Virus record (IMG/VR): IMGVR_UViG_3300013212_000072
Coordinates: 1-64,000 of that record
Reading direction: 5' to 3' (one strand)
Source of the DNA: a virus
Length of the DNA stretch: 64,000 nt
Below the pieces are notes generated by a model. It was not told where the DNA came from and searched no databases. It worked only from the letters and a program-made list of their open reading frames with translations. This document shows, in pieces, positions 45,346 through 56,900 of the stretch. Every line of letters starts with the position of its first letter. The stretch's first letter is position 1. Both the position numbers and the translations under genes were made by a program.

Positions 45346-46176
45346 ATGGGTAATATATTAGTAGGTGGAGAATCAATTCAACAACATCCTGAATGGGATA
45401 ATGAATGTTTTAACAATTTTGTAAATGAACTTGCAGACGATATAACAGGTTCATGTATGATACCGATGAATCTTCCAAGACAAGAGGTTCAAAACATAGT
45501 TAGACGAGCAAAGAAATGGTTCTATAAAAATTATGAGTATTCAGTACAAGAAAACTTTTTAGTAATTCCAGCATCTGCGTTTCTATCAGATCATTTTAAA
45601 TATTCTAGGTCTTTCACTCTTCCTGCAATGGACCCTCTTACCGGTGGCGGTGAAATATTTTCAGTATTTGCGGTGCTTGAAAGAGGAAACACATGGGGAG
45701 GAAGTATGGACATTAACTTTACTCAAGGAGATTTTGCAATTGAAAGAATGTTAATGGGTGGAATTTATGGAGGTTCTAAAACTGGACAGGCTGCAGAAAA
45801 TTTACAATACTACGTAATCAATGAATCTTTCTTTGATTTAGCACGACAAATTTTTAAGAATCCGTATGGTTTTCATTATAGCCAACTTACACATGAATTA
45901 AAATTCATGGGAGAAACTCCTAAAAAAGATACAATTCTAAAGGTTTATCAAACAATTCCAGAATGTGCGCTATTTCAAGATGAAGCATTTTTTAGATATT
46001 GTTCGGCTAAGATTAAAATTTCGTTAGGACAAAAACTTGGAATATTTGGATTCTCTCTTCCTGGAAATATTCAAATTAATCCAGATGTAATTAAATCGCT
46101 TGGCGAAGATGAACTAACTGCAGTAATTGAAGAAATCAAAAGCGAAGAAGGTACTGACTGGATGTTCCATTCTTAA
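45346..46176 (+). CDS. Neck protein (T4 gp13-like)
   Basis: RY..A..KI.LG..LG.F...LPG.I.IN......G..E pattern. Confidence 0.6.
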   Translation: MGNILVGGESIQQHPEWDNECFNNFVNELADDITGSCMIPMNLPRQEVQNIVRRAKKWFYKNYEYSVQENFLVIPASAFLSDHFKYSRSFTLPAMDPLTGGGEIFSVFAVLERGNTWGGSMDINFTQGDFAIERMLMGGIYGGSKTGQAAENLQYYVINESFFDLARQIFKNPYGFHYSQLTHELKFMGETPKKDTILKVYQTIPECALFQDEAFFRYCSAKIKISLGQKLGIFGFSLPGNIQINPDVIKSLGEDELTAVIEEIKSEEGTDWMFHS

Positions 46177-46192
46177 ACAAATATATATTATT

Positions 46193-46546
46193 ATGGAATT
46201 GTACATAAAATCGCTAGAAGACCCAAATTACGATGAAGACCAATTACAAATCGACGAAGATATTGCTCTAATAATATCCCAGATCGAAACGCTGGTATTT
46301 ACAGAAAAAGGCGATGTGATGGGAGACCCTGAATTTGGGCTTAATCTTGAAGATTATGTATATTCTTTTATGTACAATGATACAATGTTACAAGGAGTAG
46401 TTCAAAGTGCTATTTCGCGATATGTTCCATTATCCGCAAAAATACCAGTGCATGTTACTGTTGAATTTGCAGAAATGACCGAAAGAAATGTAGTTTTTAT
46501 AGATATTGCTATTGACTATAGGTTTGGAATAACAATCGCTATATAA
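46193..46546 (+). CDS. Baseplate wedge protein (gp25-like)
   Basis: FT.KG.V.GDPEFG..L..Y.Y; ATG at 46193. Confidence 0.8.
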   Translation: MELYIKSLEDPNYDEDQLQIDEDIALIISQIETLVFTEKGDVMGDPEFGLNLEDYVYSFMYNDTMLQGVVQSAISRYVPLSAKIPVHVTVEFAEMTERNVVFIDIAIDYRFGITIAI

Positions 46547-46559
46547 AAAAATAAATGAG

Positions 46560-48380
46560 ATGACTGAATTAAAATTTTTATCAAAAGCCAGAATTAAGGC
46601 TACTGAAATGATTGCCGATACTCGAACATATATTTCGAGAGTATATGGGCGATCAAGCGATTTATTTACAACAGCTTCACCGTATTCTCAAATACTTGAA
46701 GTACTAGCTGAAATTACTAATTTAGTATTCTTTTACATTGAAGATGCTACAGTTGAACAAAATATATTAACAGCACAAGACCCGGAATCTATATATGGAC
46801 TTGCAAGACTTGCAGGACACGACGCATTTAGAGGTTCATCTGCCTTAGGTGAATTAAAAATAAGACTAAATACTAGCGCATTTAATGATATTGAAGGAGA
46901 TACCCTAATTATTCCTGCAAATTCAATAATTAAGGCAAGTAAAAATGGTTTAGAATATATCTTAAAAACAAACAATGATCAGTTTGTAATTCAAAAAAGC
47001 AGTCCTGATTATATGTATATCCCTATTATTCAGGGTAAAATTGAAAAGCAGACACTAACAGGTACTGGCGAAAAATTACAATCATTTAACGTAATTATTA
47101 AAAAACAAACAGACAATGATTCGGTTCGGGTTAGTGTTAATAGCGAATTGTGGAGCAAATATGATTCATTATATGATATGCACGTTGGAACTAAGGGATA
47201 TCTTGTTAAGACTGGAATCACCGGAGGTTTAGATATTTATTTTGGTAATGGTTCATTTGGAATGATTCCACCTGAAGGTTCTACAATTGATATTGAATAT
47301 ATTGTTTCAGATGGAGTCAAAGGTAATTTAACAGGTTCTAAAGACCTTAATTTTAAATTTCAAACTGAAGGTTTTGATTCTCTTGGAAATTCATGTGACT
47401 TAAATAAATTATTAGAATCTTCATTTACGGTTGCACCTACAATGGGATCTAACCCTGAAAGTATTGAACTTACTAAATTGATTGCACCTTTGCAAAGTCA
47501 CTCATTTGTATTAGCAACACCGGACAATTATGAAGCATTTCTATCAAAATATGGTATGTTCTCATATCTAGATGCTTACAATACTACCGATGACGGATAT
47601 ATTGATGACGACAATGTGATTTACTTATTCATGTTACCAGATACTAAAAGAAAATTAACTAAAAATAATGACTATTTTAATCTGCATAAAGAGGAATTCT
47701 TTTTCTCAGAAGAGGAAAAGAATGGAATTCTTAGAACTTTAGAAAATTCAGGTAGACAGATGGTAACAACCGAAGTTAAGATTGTAGAACCTAAAGTTCA
47801 ATATTTTAGAATGGATGTTAAAGTAAGATATTTCGAAGGATTCAATAAGATTAACCTTTTTGGAGAAATAAGAACTAAAATATCACAATACTTAATTAAT
47901 ATAACACGTAGAGACCGTTTACCAAAATCAGATATTATTGCACTATTAGAAGGAATTGAAGGAATCGATTCGGTTAATGTTCGATTTGTTTCTGAAAAGG
48001 AAGAAACTGCAAGAAGACTAGGATATTATGTAAGTGAAACAGTTACAGTAACTCCTTCAACTACAACGCTAGAGGATATTGGAAATGGAAAACAAAAATA
48101 CGTTTTCTTTAAAAGAAACGTATCTACTACTTTGGTTAATTTTGAACCAAATGCTGCACTTCCAGAAAATGTAATTAATCTAGATTCCTTTGGAGATATT
48201 ATTTTAGAAAAAGAAGAGGTTGCCCTATTCAGAGGAGGATGGATAGATAGAGACGGTGCATCAGTTTTAGATGATGCTAAAGTTGGAGAGATGGCAGCGC
48301 TATCTGTTTACTTTGATGAACCTGCAGTACCAAATACAGTTTTTAGTAGAATTCAAGCTCAAAATAGAAAAGCACTATAA
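46560..48380 (+). CDS. Baseplate wedge protein (gp6 / baseplate J-like)
   Basis: TAQ..SIYGLA..AG, IYFGNG.FG..P, G...ESIE and TPDNY. Confidence 0.8.
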   Translation: MTELKFLSKARIKATEMIADTRTYISRVYGRSSDLFTTASPYSQILEVLAEITNLVFFYIEDATVEQNILTAQDPESIYGLARLAGHDAFRGSSALGELKIRLNTSAFNDIEGDTLIIPANSIIKASKNGLEYILKTNNDQFVIQKSSPDYMYIPIIQGKIEKQTLTGTGEKLQSFNVIIKKQTDNDSVRVSVNSELWSKYDSLYDMHVGTKGYLVKTGITGGLDIYFGNGSFGMIPPEGSTIDIEYIVSDGVKGNLTGSKDLNFKFQTEGFDSLGNSCDLNKLLESSFTVAPTMGSNPESIELTKLIAPLQSHSFVLATPDNYEAFLSKYGMFSYLDAYNTTDDGYIDDDNVIYLFMLPDTKRKLTKNNDYFNLHKEEFFFSEEEKNGILRTLENSGRQMVTTEVKIVEPKVQYFRMDVKVRYFEGFNKINLFGEIRTKISQYLINITRRDRLPKSDIIALLEGIEGIDSVNVRFVSEKEETARRLGYYVSETVTVTPSTTTLEDIGNGKQKYVFFKRNVSTTLVNFEPNAALPENVINLDSFGDIILEKEEVALFRGGWIDRDGASVLDDAKVGEMAALSVYFDEPAVPNTVFSRIQAQNRKAL

Positions 48381-48649
48381 TGGGTATTTTAAGTAATTTA
48401 TTTAAAGTTCGTAAGGTTAAGAGTTACAACACTCGACTTTCGGTAATGGACAAAAGATTACATGAAGGTAATGATTATCGAACAAATATATTAAGCAATT
48501 CATTATCAAAATACATACAGAGAAATAATACAATGTATGATTTTATTACAATGATGCAACATGTTGTCGCTGATTGGGTTGATTCTGTAACATATTTAAA
48601 AGCCTACAAATCATATACAATTAGAAAAGACGATAAAAAAGTTAAGTAA
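48380..48649 (+). CDS. Hypothetical structural-operon protein
   Basis: 89 aa, coupled in the operon. Confidence 0.6.
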   Translation: MGILSNLFKVRKVKSYNTRLSVMDKRLHEGNDYRTNILSNSLSKYIQRNNTMYDFITMMQHVVADWVDSVTYLKAYKSYTIRKDDKKVK

Positions 48650-48651
48650 GA

Positions 48652-51420
48652 ATGGCGAATCCAAATTTAAGATTTTTTGATAGTGAATCAAATGACCTAA
48701 ACCTTCTATATAATTCTGATACGGATATATGGGAGGGAGTTTGTTATTTACCAAAAGTATCTACTGGACTATATGAAACCCTTACAATTTATATATTAGA
48801 ACAAGTAGAAGGTAAATTAGGCGGTGAAAAGTTTATTACTCCTATTGGAACTGGAAATACTACAAGTACTTTTAAATTCAAATTTTTTAGCGGTTATGAA
48901 TTTAGTGAAGACATATTTATGTATAGCGCTAAAAATAATAATGGAGTTCTTGAAATTCAAAAAGATGATATTCAAACTCATACTATATTAAACGCAAATA
49001 CTGCAGTAGGAACAAACTCTGATGGTTTTAAAATTATTGATAGTAAAATTCTAATGATTCCCGTTAAGTGTAACATTGCTCTTATGAGTGAGGAAGATAA
49101 TTACCATACAAGAATCCTTGATATTTATGAAATAGCCGATAATGACCCAGAAGTATTAATTGCAAGTATAAGAATATATGGAGAGACGGAATCTGAAGAC
49201 GAAAGATTATCGGTTCTTCTATCAAATATGGGAATGTCACTATCTGAGGAAGAGTATATCATACTTAAAGATTCTAACATTTTAGAAATGTCTCCAGACT
49301 GGATTTTAATGAATCAAAAGAGAAAAGAACTCTTATTACAAGCTTCCCAGATAAAACCATTTGTTGGTACTTATAAAGCCCTCCTAAATGCTATCGATTT
49401 TTACGGTTACAATAAAATAACAATCAAAGAATATTGGTTGAACATTAATGAACAGGCAGAAAACTTTGGAAAACTACAAGCAATTGCCCTTCCAAATCAA
49501 GATGTTGTTGGATTTCTTGCAAATAAAAACCAAGGAAACCAATTACCAAGTTCTAATTTAAAAAAGACCAGCAGATTTTCTCTTGTCTATAGATTAAATG
49601 AGGCTGATGGTAATGTTGATGAGTGGGATATCCCAACTGTAGTTGAATCAACTGACTATAGTCCGGATGAAGTACTTATAAAACTGTATGGACTTAAAAA
49701 TAAACTACAAGCAACGTATTTGCCGCTTCAGGCTAAAATTGTAGATATTACAGGAGAAGGTGATTATTTTGCACAATTTAATTTAAACGTTTGGAATAAT
49801 CAACATTCTATTAAAGACCAAACTGCCGGACAGAGGGTTGATTTTAGTAGATACCCAATAGATAAACAATTATTCATCGAAGACTTAAGAAAGGTTGACT
49901 ACAGATTAACCGGAATTGGTCAAGACTTTTCTGCTCTTAGTAATACCAATAGAGAAGAAATTTCAGAATCTATAATAAATTTTTATGATGTCTATTATAT
50001 TGATGACCTATCTAGTTTTAATACACTTGCTGGAATTCCAGTAGGATGCCCCGTTATTTTAAATGCAGACTCGTTTATAGGAAGTTGGGATTCGGCAGAA
50101 TTTACATATATGGATGCAGAAGATACTGGAAATCACTTATTAACTTGGGATAACTGGTGGAGACAGGGAATCTATGAAATGGAATGGACAATTCTTGGAC
50201 CTAGAGGTTATTCAAAATCCTTTAGAGGTGGAGTTGGTTATTACGATGGATCTGGGGTTTTTCATCCAGAATATCAGAAGTTTCCAATAGTACTTCCATA
50301 CTCTGGAGTATATTCGGTTGAATTGTCTATATTTGATTTATATAATGTGCGAAGTTCTTATAGAAAACCCGATTATTTTGAAGTAAAAAACAAAAATGTT
50401 GAGGTGTATGGAATATTCCAAAGAATGTTACCTCAATTAAATTGGAATGAGTATAAGTACTCTTATGATGTTGCGGGTAGTGACTGGGATTGGGCTAGAG
50501 AGAACACTGCTGATGTTGATAGTATTATCGCAACATATTATTTAACATTAGACCGCGCAAATTATGTACACGACGAAGAGGATGGTCCGGAATTTTCTAC
50601 AGTAAGAAGATATATTGACCCAGATCCAAGTAACCCTACTGGATTTGCCGAAACTCCGGGACCATATCAGTGGAGAGAATTAAGAACTCAATTATGGGAA
50701 GATGGTGACGAGGTTAATTGGAATATGATGAGAGTCGGTGCTGATATAAACTCATCATTCAAGATGGATTTATTACAATCTAACGGTTATGTTAATGGCT
50801 ATACTTTTTACATGACACAATATGACGTTAATTCACATTTATTAATTACTGATTCATATGAAATCCAATCAACCTATCCCGTTGATAACACTGATTTAAG
50901 TGCATGGAGAGCAATTGCAAATGAACTTTCTCAATTAGATCAGGTAGAGCATCCAATATTAACTAAATTTAATTACAACCCGATATTAGTTGACAATGAT
51001 ATTAATGGAACTGAAGATGTTTGCGATTATATTTTAGTAGTTGGCGAAGAACCCGCAAGAACTCATGATTATTTTAGTGTTGGATTTACTGCAACGGGTG
51101 GAGAAATACTACCAGATTCTGAAACACATTTTGAAAGTTTTAATCCTGACTATCAAGACTTATGTGTTATTGATAGTCATGTCGAGGTTAAAAGATTAAA
51201 TCATGTTACATTTTCTTATGATATTACAAATATGCCAGGAATTATTGCCCAGAAATGGACGCTTAAAAATAATAACGAGAATGTAAATGATATATATTAT
51301 AGTAATACATGGCTGACATACCTATTCAAACATAAAGGTGATTATACTGTTGAATTAGAATTAACTGACGTGAATGGAAATAAAAACACAATAAATAAAA
51401 ATATATTAAAAATCATTTAA
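48652..51420 (+). CDS. Baseplate wedge-like protein (gp7-like) with PKD-like domains
   Basis: GTYKAL..AI.F.GY; C-terminal W......Y.F...GDYTV.L..TD.NGN. Confidence 0.55.
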   Translation: MANPNLRFFDSESNDLNLLYNSDTDIWEGVCYLPKVSTGLYETLTIYILEQVEGKLGGEKFITPIGTGNTTSTFKFKFFSGYEFSEDIFMYSAKNNNGVLEIQKDDIQTHTILNANTAVGTNSDGFKIIDSKILMIPVKCNIALMSEEDNYHTRILDIYEIADNDPEVLIASIRIYGETESEDERLSVLLSNMGMSLSEEEYIILKDSNILEMSPDWILMNQKRKELLLQASQIKPFVGTYKALLNAIDFYGYNKITIKEYWLNINEQAENFGKLQAIALPNQDVVGFLANKNQGNQLPSSNLKKTSRFSLVYRLNEADGNVDEWDIPTVVESTDYSPDEVLIKLYGLKNKLQATYLPLQAKIVDITGEGDYFAQFNLNVWNNQHSIKDQTAGQRVDFSRYPIDKQLFIEDLRKVDYRLTGIGQDFSALSNTNREEISESIINFYDVYYIDDLSSFNTLAGIPVGCPVILNADSFIGSWDSAEFTYMDAEDTGNHLLTWDNWWRQGIYEMEWTILGPRGYSKSFRGGVGYYDGSGVFHPEYQKFPIVLPYSGVYSVELSIFDLYNVRSSYRKPDYFEVKNKNVEVYGIFQRMLPQLNWNEYKYSYDVAGSDWDWARENTADVDSIIATYYLTLDRANYVHDEEDGPEFSTVRRYIDPDPSNPTGFAETPGPYQWRELRTQLWEDGDEVNWNMMRVGADINSSFKMDLLQSNGYVNGYTFYMTQYDVNSHLLITDSYEIQSTYPVDNTDLSAWRAIANELSQLDQVEHPILTKFNYNPILVDNDINGTEDVCDYILVVGEEPARTHDYFSVGFTATGGEILPDSETHFESFNPDYQDLCVIDSHVEVKRLNHVTFSYDITNMPGIIAQKWTLKNNNENVNDIYYSNTWLTYLFKHKGDYTVELELTDVNGNKNTINKNILKII

Positions 51421-51421
51421 A

Positions 51422-52003
51422 ATGGCAAGTATAACAACAATTTTAGGAACCGACAGTGTTTCTTCATCTAGAATCGTATTAAATAATAATTTTGCAGCTC
51501 TTAATGATGAGTTAGCAGATATTGCAAACGTATTAAATACAAGCACTCAAGTTCTTACATTAACGGGATTAATTACCGGAGGTACTTTAAGAATTAATAA
51601 TGGCTCTGATCTCTTTAAAGTTGAATCAAATGAGATTAATGCAAATCTACCGATTAAACTTAATCAAGAAGTTGTTCTTGGTGATGGATTAATTTATTCT
51701 ATTGATTCTAATCCAACAAGTCTCCCACAGTCTGCGGTAGATTATCAAGATACTACTTATGTATTGAATTCGGTTGTGTTTAATACTACCGTTTCTTTAG
51801 CAGCTGCATCTGCTGGTCAAGAAATTACATTAATCGCAAACGGGGGAACAATTACTATTAGCAACAGTAATATAATAGGAGTTGCTGCATCTGTTGTAAT
51901 GTCCAATGGTGGTTCATTAACTTTAAGATATATTACGTCTCCTATTAATGGATTTGTGATAATATCTGCATTCAAATGTACTGTAAGTGGTACTGCAATA
52001 TAA
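51422..52003 (+). CDS. Virion structural protein
   Basis: TDS...SR..LN.NF..L N-terminus, beta-rich. Confidence 0.55.
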   Translation: MASITTILGTDSVSSSRIVLNNNFAALNDELADIANVLNTSTQVLTLTGLITGGTLRINNGSDLFKVESNEINANLPIKLNQEVVLGDGLIYSIDSNPTSLPQSAVDYQDTTYVLNSVVFNTTVSLAAASAGQEITLIANGGTITISNSNIIGVAASVVMSNGGSLTLRYITSPINGFVIISAFKCTVSGTAI

Positions 52004-52037
52004 ATGAACCAATACTAATAAAAACAAAATCGCTTAA

Positions 52038-53966
52038 ATGGCAACACCATTAATAAGAATACCCCAAGAACAGGGAGGTACTATGTATGCATTTTCAAGT
52101 GCTGCTCGAGATTTGACAAGGGCTTACTATAATCCTGACATAAATTTTGAGTACTCTAAGTTTGCATTAATAGATATTCCTGTTGTATCGGATCCAGGCA
52201 CTAGTGGTGCAAACTTTATTGAATTTAATAAATTATACCAAGCATCTAGTAGTCCGTATGATGATAATACAGTTGACAATGCAAATGTACATTTTGCGCA
52301 AACATTACAAAATTACGCACTTAACTTTGAGAATTTTATCCTAACCGATGATGATTTTGATAACACAATATATGCTAGTGATGCTGAAAAAATATTGTTT
52401 AAATGGTTGCATCATTTAGGTGCGTTTGAGGTTAAAACCGCGAATTCCCAGCAAGTTGTAAGCGGGTATTCTAGAGCTATAGAAAATGAAGATACAACAG
52501 ACACCGGAAATGCATATTCTAGAGTTGTAAAGTATATTGGAAATATCGACGTTTCAAACGATAAAAATTATCAAGGAAATACTTACAATGAAATATTCGT
52601 AAATGTTCCCTCTTCGGTGGGATATACTCCTGAAATATTATTTAAGTCAACTGAGTATAATACAACAGCAATTTCATATCAACCTCAAAATGAAATTAAT
52701 GGAAGAGATGGACAAACTCATCCTGACGCTTTTTTAAATCTAGATGCTCTTGCTGATAATGCTGCGGGTACTATAAGCTTGGATCCGGTAGATTTATATA
52801 ATTATGGAATTGAATGGAATTCAACTCTATACGCTAAAATTGCAAATGACCCTGGATTAAATAATTTTCAAGAATTTTCTAAAAGAGGAGGAGACTTTAG
52901 ATTTAATGCAATATTAGTTTACTATGACTTATATTCAAAATCAAATATTTCTAATAAGTCTACGAATCTTTATGGTATATTAATATTAGATAATTTTAAA
53001 AATGACCCTAACACCACAGGATGGTACATACCTGAACTTTCTAAATATAAACCGAATGATGTTACTGGATTAAATGGAAATGCATTTGCTCTTAAGTTAA
53101 ATGTAAAATTTAACTCATCATTAGATAATGTAGGTGTAGAATTAAATATAAATGATTACTCTACATTTTCGATGGATATTTTCTTGGACACAACAACTGC
53201 TCTTGAAAATGCCGCTAAATTGCTGGTTGATGCTGGAAATTCTTATGCTGCAATTGCGCAAAGAGTAGCGGAATTAGAAAATTTAATGGCATATAGTACA
53301 TCAACTGATTTTTCTGAAAGAATTGCGTTGCTTGAAACTGCTGTTGAAAATGCATCTTTAAATTATGCGTCATCCACTTCAATTTTAGATATGATTACTT
53401 CGGTAAATACAAGGTTGAACCAAATGATTAGTGGAGTTATTCCAACTGAAATACAATACAATACTAATGTACTTAGCGCTGGAAATGGGGTAAAAATTGA
53501 CAAATCAAATCCTAACATGATTAAGATAGTTAATGACAATAATGGATATACATTAAATTCTATTTTTGAATACAACTTTATATCGAGTACGTCTGGTTCT
53601 TTAATTGCGCCAAGTAATCCATTCAATTTAACTCTTACTGCATCTACTGGCTTAATCACAAGAATACGACCATTCGATAATTTGATTAGAATTAATACCG
53701 ATACAGGTACAATGACCGGAGACTTGAATATATACTTAGATGATAGTATTAATTCTTGGAAAAACGGGCAAACTATTAAGTTTTCTTTTAAAAATCAATT
53801 GTCAACTCTAGGAACTTACAAAATAAACATATACACAGATAAAAATAATAGTTATGTGTTAAAGGCTTCTATAGATAGTAATAATATTTTAAGCCTAAAA
53901 CCTTACTTTGAATTAATATGTATAGACGAAATAAACAAGACATTTGAACTTGAAATAATAAGATAA
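52038..53966 (+). CDS. Virion structural protein
   Basis: 642 aa with FNAILVYYD and NLYGIL.LD; structural context. Confidence 0.55.
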   Translation: MATPLIRIPQEQGGTMYAFSSAARDLTRAYYNPDINFEYSKFALIDIPVVSDPGTSGANFIEFNKLYQASSSPYDDNTVDNANVHFAQTLQNYALNFENFILTDDDFDNTIYASDAEKILFKWLHHLGAFEVKTANSQQVVSGYSRAIENEDTTDTGNAYSRVVKYIGNIDVSNDKNYQGNTYNEIFVNVPSSVGYTPEILFKSTEYNTTAISYQPQNEINGRDGQTHPDAFLNLDALADNAAGTISLDPVDLYNYGIEWNSTLYAKIANDPGLNNFQEFSKRGGDFRFNAILVYYDLYSKSNISNKSTNLYGILILDNFKNDPNTTGWYIPELSKYKPNDVTGLNGNAFALKLNVKFNSSLDNVGVELNINDYSTFSMDIFLDTTTALENAAKLLVDAGNSYAAIAQRVAELENLMAYSTSTDFSERIALLETAVENASLNYASSTSILDMITSVNTRLNQMISGVIPTEIQYNTNVLSAGNGVKIDKSNPNMIKIVNDNNGYTLNSIFEYNFISSTSGSLIAPSNPFNLTLTASTGLITRIRPFDNLIRINTDTGTMTGDLNIYLDDSINSWKNGQTIKFSFKNQLSTLGTYKINIYTDKNNSYVLKASIDSNNILSLKPYFELICIDEINKTFELEIIR

Positions 53967-53967
53967 T

Positions 53968-56900
53968 ATGAGCGCTAGCAATTCAATATCACAATTACTT
54001 GAACAGTTTCTTGAGTTAAATACTAACTCATTAGAAACATTTGTAAGAATTAACGAAGCTATCACTACCGATAAGGAAACTGTCAGTATTGACCTTTTTA
54101 ATAGTAAAACAAACAAGATGGAAACCATTCAAATACCTGCATTTGGGTATTTGAAAAGAGAAATCGATCGTTTGAATAGTAATGTGAGCTCAATTAGTGG
54201 TCTTGAAGGTTCAAACGCAAATGTAAGACTAAAAGACGGTTCTTTTAGAACTATACATACTTCAAGATTAAAAGGACCATCTCCTTCTATTACTTCTCTA
54301 GCATCTCCTACCCAGTTTTCGACTAAATTAAATGATTTTTTCGAAAACTTTTTAAATCCATTGCTTACAATAAATTTAGATGTAAGCAAACAAATTCCAG
54401 TAGAAACTGAAAAGGTATATGTTGAAAGATACATATTTAATGAAAATGATCTAACTTCAATTACTGCGTTTGATGAACTTTATAAAGGAGGTAGCGAAAT
54501 TGTTTATTCTGATTTTACAACGCAATTAAGTAACAATAACTTTGTTTATTATTTAGATTCTCAAGTTATTGATATGCCAATTAGAAAAATTCAATACACT
54601 GGATTTTTTGATGTGATTAAAATTGACAATGCTCAAAAAAATATTGTTATTGATGGAACAACTCAAACTAAAATAGTTAAGTTATTCACATTTAACAAAT
54701 TAACCTTTACAGATTCAACTAAAACTCTTAAAGACACTGAAACTTTAAAGACTGGAGATTCTCTTATTGTAAACTCTGGAAATTATAGAACAAGATACCA
54801 AATTCTTTCTATTGATGCTTCGACATCACAAGTTGAATTGTTATTACTTGAAGGTTCTGAATCTATTAAACTTGGAGTTAACCAACTTGGAATTTATAAA
54901 GCAATCGATACTGATTTGAATATAGAAATCAATGTTGCATTTAATGAACGTCAAGTTATCTTTGTTAAACCAATAGACCCTGTTTCAAAAATACCTGCTG
55001 AAGATTTTTCACCAGGGGTTGGATTCTATTCTAATAGTTTAGAAATGAATGATGTTGCTGGTAATAAAATGACCCTAGCTGAATACTATAAAAATGAAGT
55101 TGCGGATTTTGGACAGTTTCTTAAATCACTAAAGGTAGATTATATTCCACCTGCAGCTTCTGGAATCAAACCAACACCACCGGTCATTAATGTTGAAAAC
55201 TTTAAAGTTGTTCAAATTAATAAGCATTTAACTGATAACACTACAACCGATAAAATTAAACAATTAAAGTCTGATAAATCATCTACAGAGCAGTCATTAA
55301 AACAACTTGATGAATCTATCAAACAGAAAAAATCTTTAATTAATACTAAGAAATTTGCATCTCAGGCAGAAAGTGATACTCATAAAAATGAATTAAACTC
55401 TCTAGTTTCTCAAAGAGAATCTGAATCAAAACTTTTTTCATCTGTTGTTAGTGAAATAAAATCTTCAGCAGAATCTGCAGACCTACAAACAGCATCTCCA
55501 AAGTATAAAGTTAGAGGATTTTGGGCAGTTCCAGAACCAAAAACAATTGGAAACCAAGTATCACAAGAGGTTGTACAATTTAAAATTAGATACCGATATG
55601 TTTCTACTTCAGGTAAAACTTCAAATATCGATCAACTTAAATTTATAGATGCAACAAACCAAACTGAAAAAACAGCTGCTTTTTCAAATTGGGTAGAAGT
55701 TAACGGGCCTGTTAGAAAAAGAGCAATGGATGCTAATGGAAAATATGGTTGGATTCTTGAAAGTGAAGAAGATGCTAATGCGGTAAACTTTAACTCTTTT
55801 GATATTGCAATTAACCCTGGTGAAGTTGTTGAATTTATGATTAAATCAATTTCTGAAGCTGGATTTCCTGCGAATCCTTTAGAATCAGACTGGTCTCCAA
55901 TTGAAAAAATAGAATTTCCACAAGGTGAAATTAACACTGATAATTTAGGAAATGTTATTAAGGCTAATGAGCTTGACCTATTAAAAGTGCAAATCCAACA
56001 GGACCTAGAATCTGTAGGTGTATACAAACATGTTGGAGAATCTTTTACAGTTGGTAGTCAAACATTCGCGCATAGCGCAAATACAATAGCTTCTGGTTTT
56101 ATAACCGATGCTCAAGCCCCAATCACTGTTTATGAAAAGCTACTAGCTCTTCAAAATGAGGTTCTAAGCTTACGCGCGGTTATTGAAAAAACAACTGGAG
56201 AATTACTTGTAAGAATTATTGATGAAAATGGAAATGTTACACCAGTAACAAATAACTCAACTGTACAGTTGTTTGCAGGATACTATAGTCAAGAAATTCC
56301 AGCAGTTAATGGAAAAGGAGCAATTGTTACTAAAAACTTTAAAATTGAGCTATCAAATACTAAAGCAACCGACCTTGAGTTAATATCCCGAATTGTAGGA
56401 GATACAACGCAACCTGCTCCGGTTTCTACAAATAATACAAAGTTTGGACTTGGAACTGGAACGCCAGATCCGGTTTACAATAGTGATTATTATAGAGATG
56501 AAGCTAAGTATGATTTAGTTCCGGTAATTTATCAAAATATTAACAATCTTAATACAGATTATATTAATAGCGGTCCGGATCAGTCTTCTCAGTTAAAAGG
56601 ACAATTTATCTACTCTAGATTTAAAAATATTGCAAATGATGATAATTTATATGTAATTACTGAAGGTGTTAATAGTGATGGAAATATTAATACTGCTTTA
56701 CCAGCAACGGACGAGGGTATAAATAGTGCGTATGATAAATATGAGTATGGAATTTCATATGATTTTAGTATAGTTCCACAAGATACTATTAATCCTGAAT
56801 TTAAAAACTTTTCAGGAGTAGGAGTAACTGCAACTGCATATATTCCAATATCAAGTAGTCCAAATGATTTTGTTTGGAATGGTGGTTTTAGTGGAGCAAC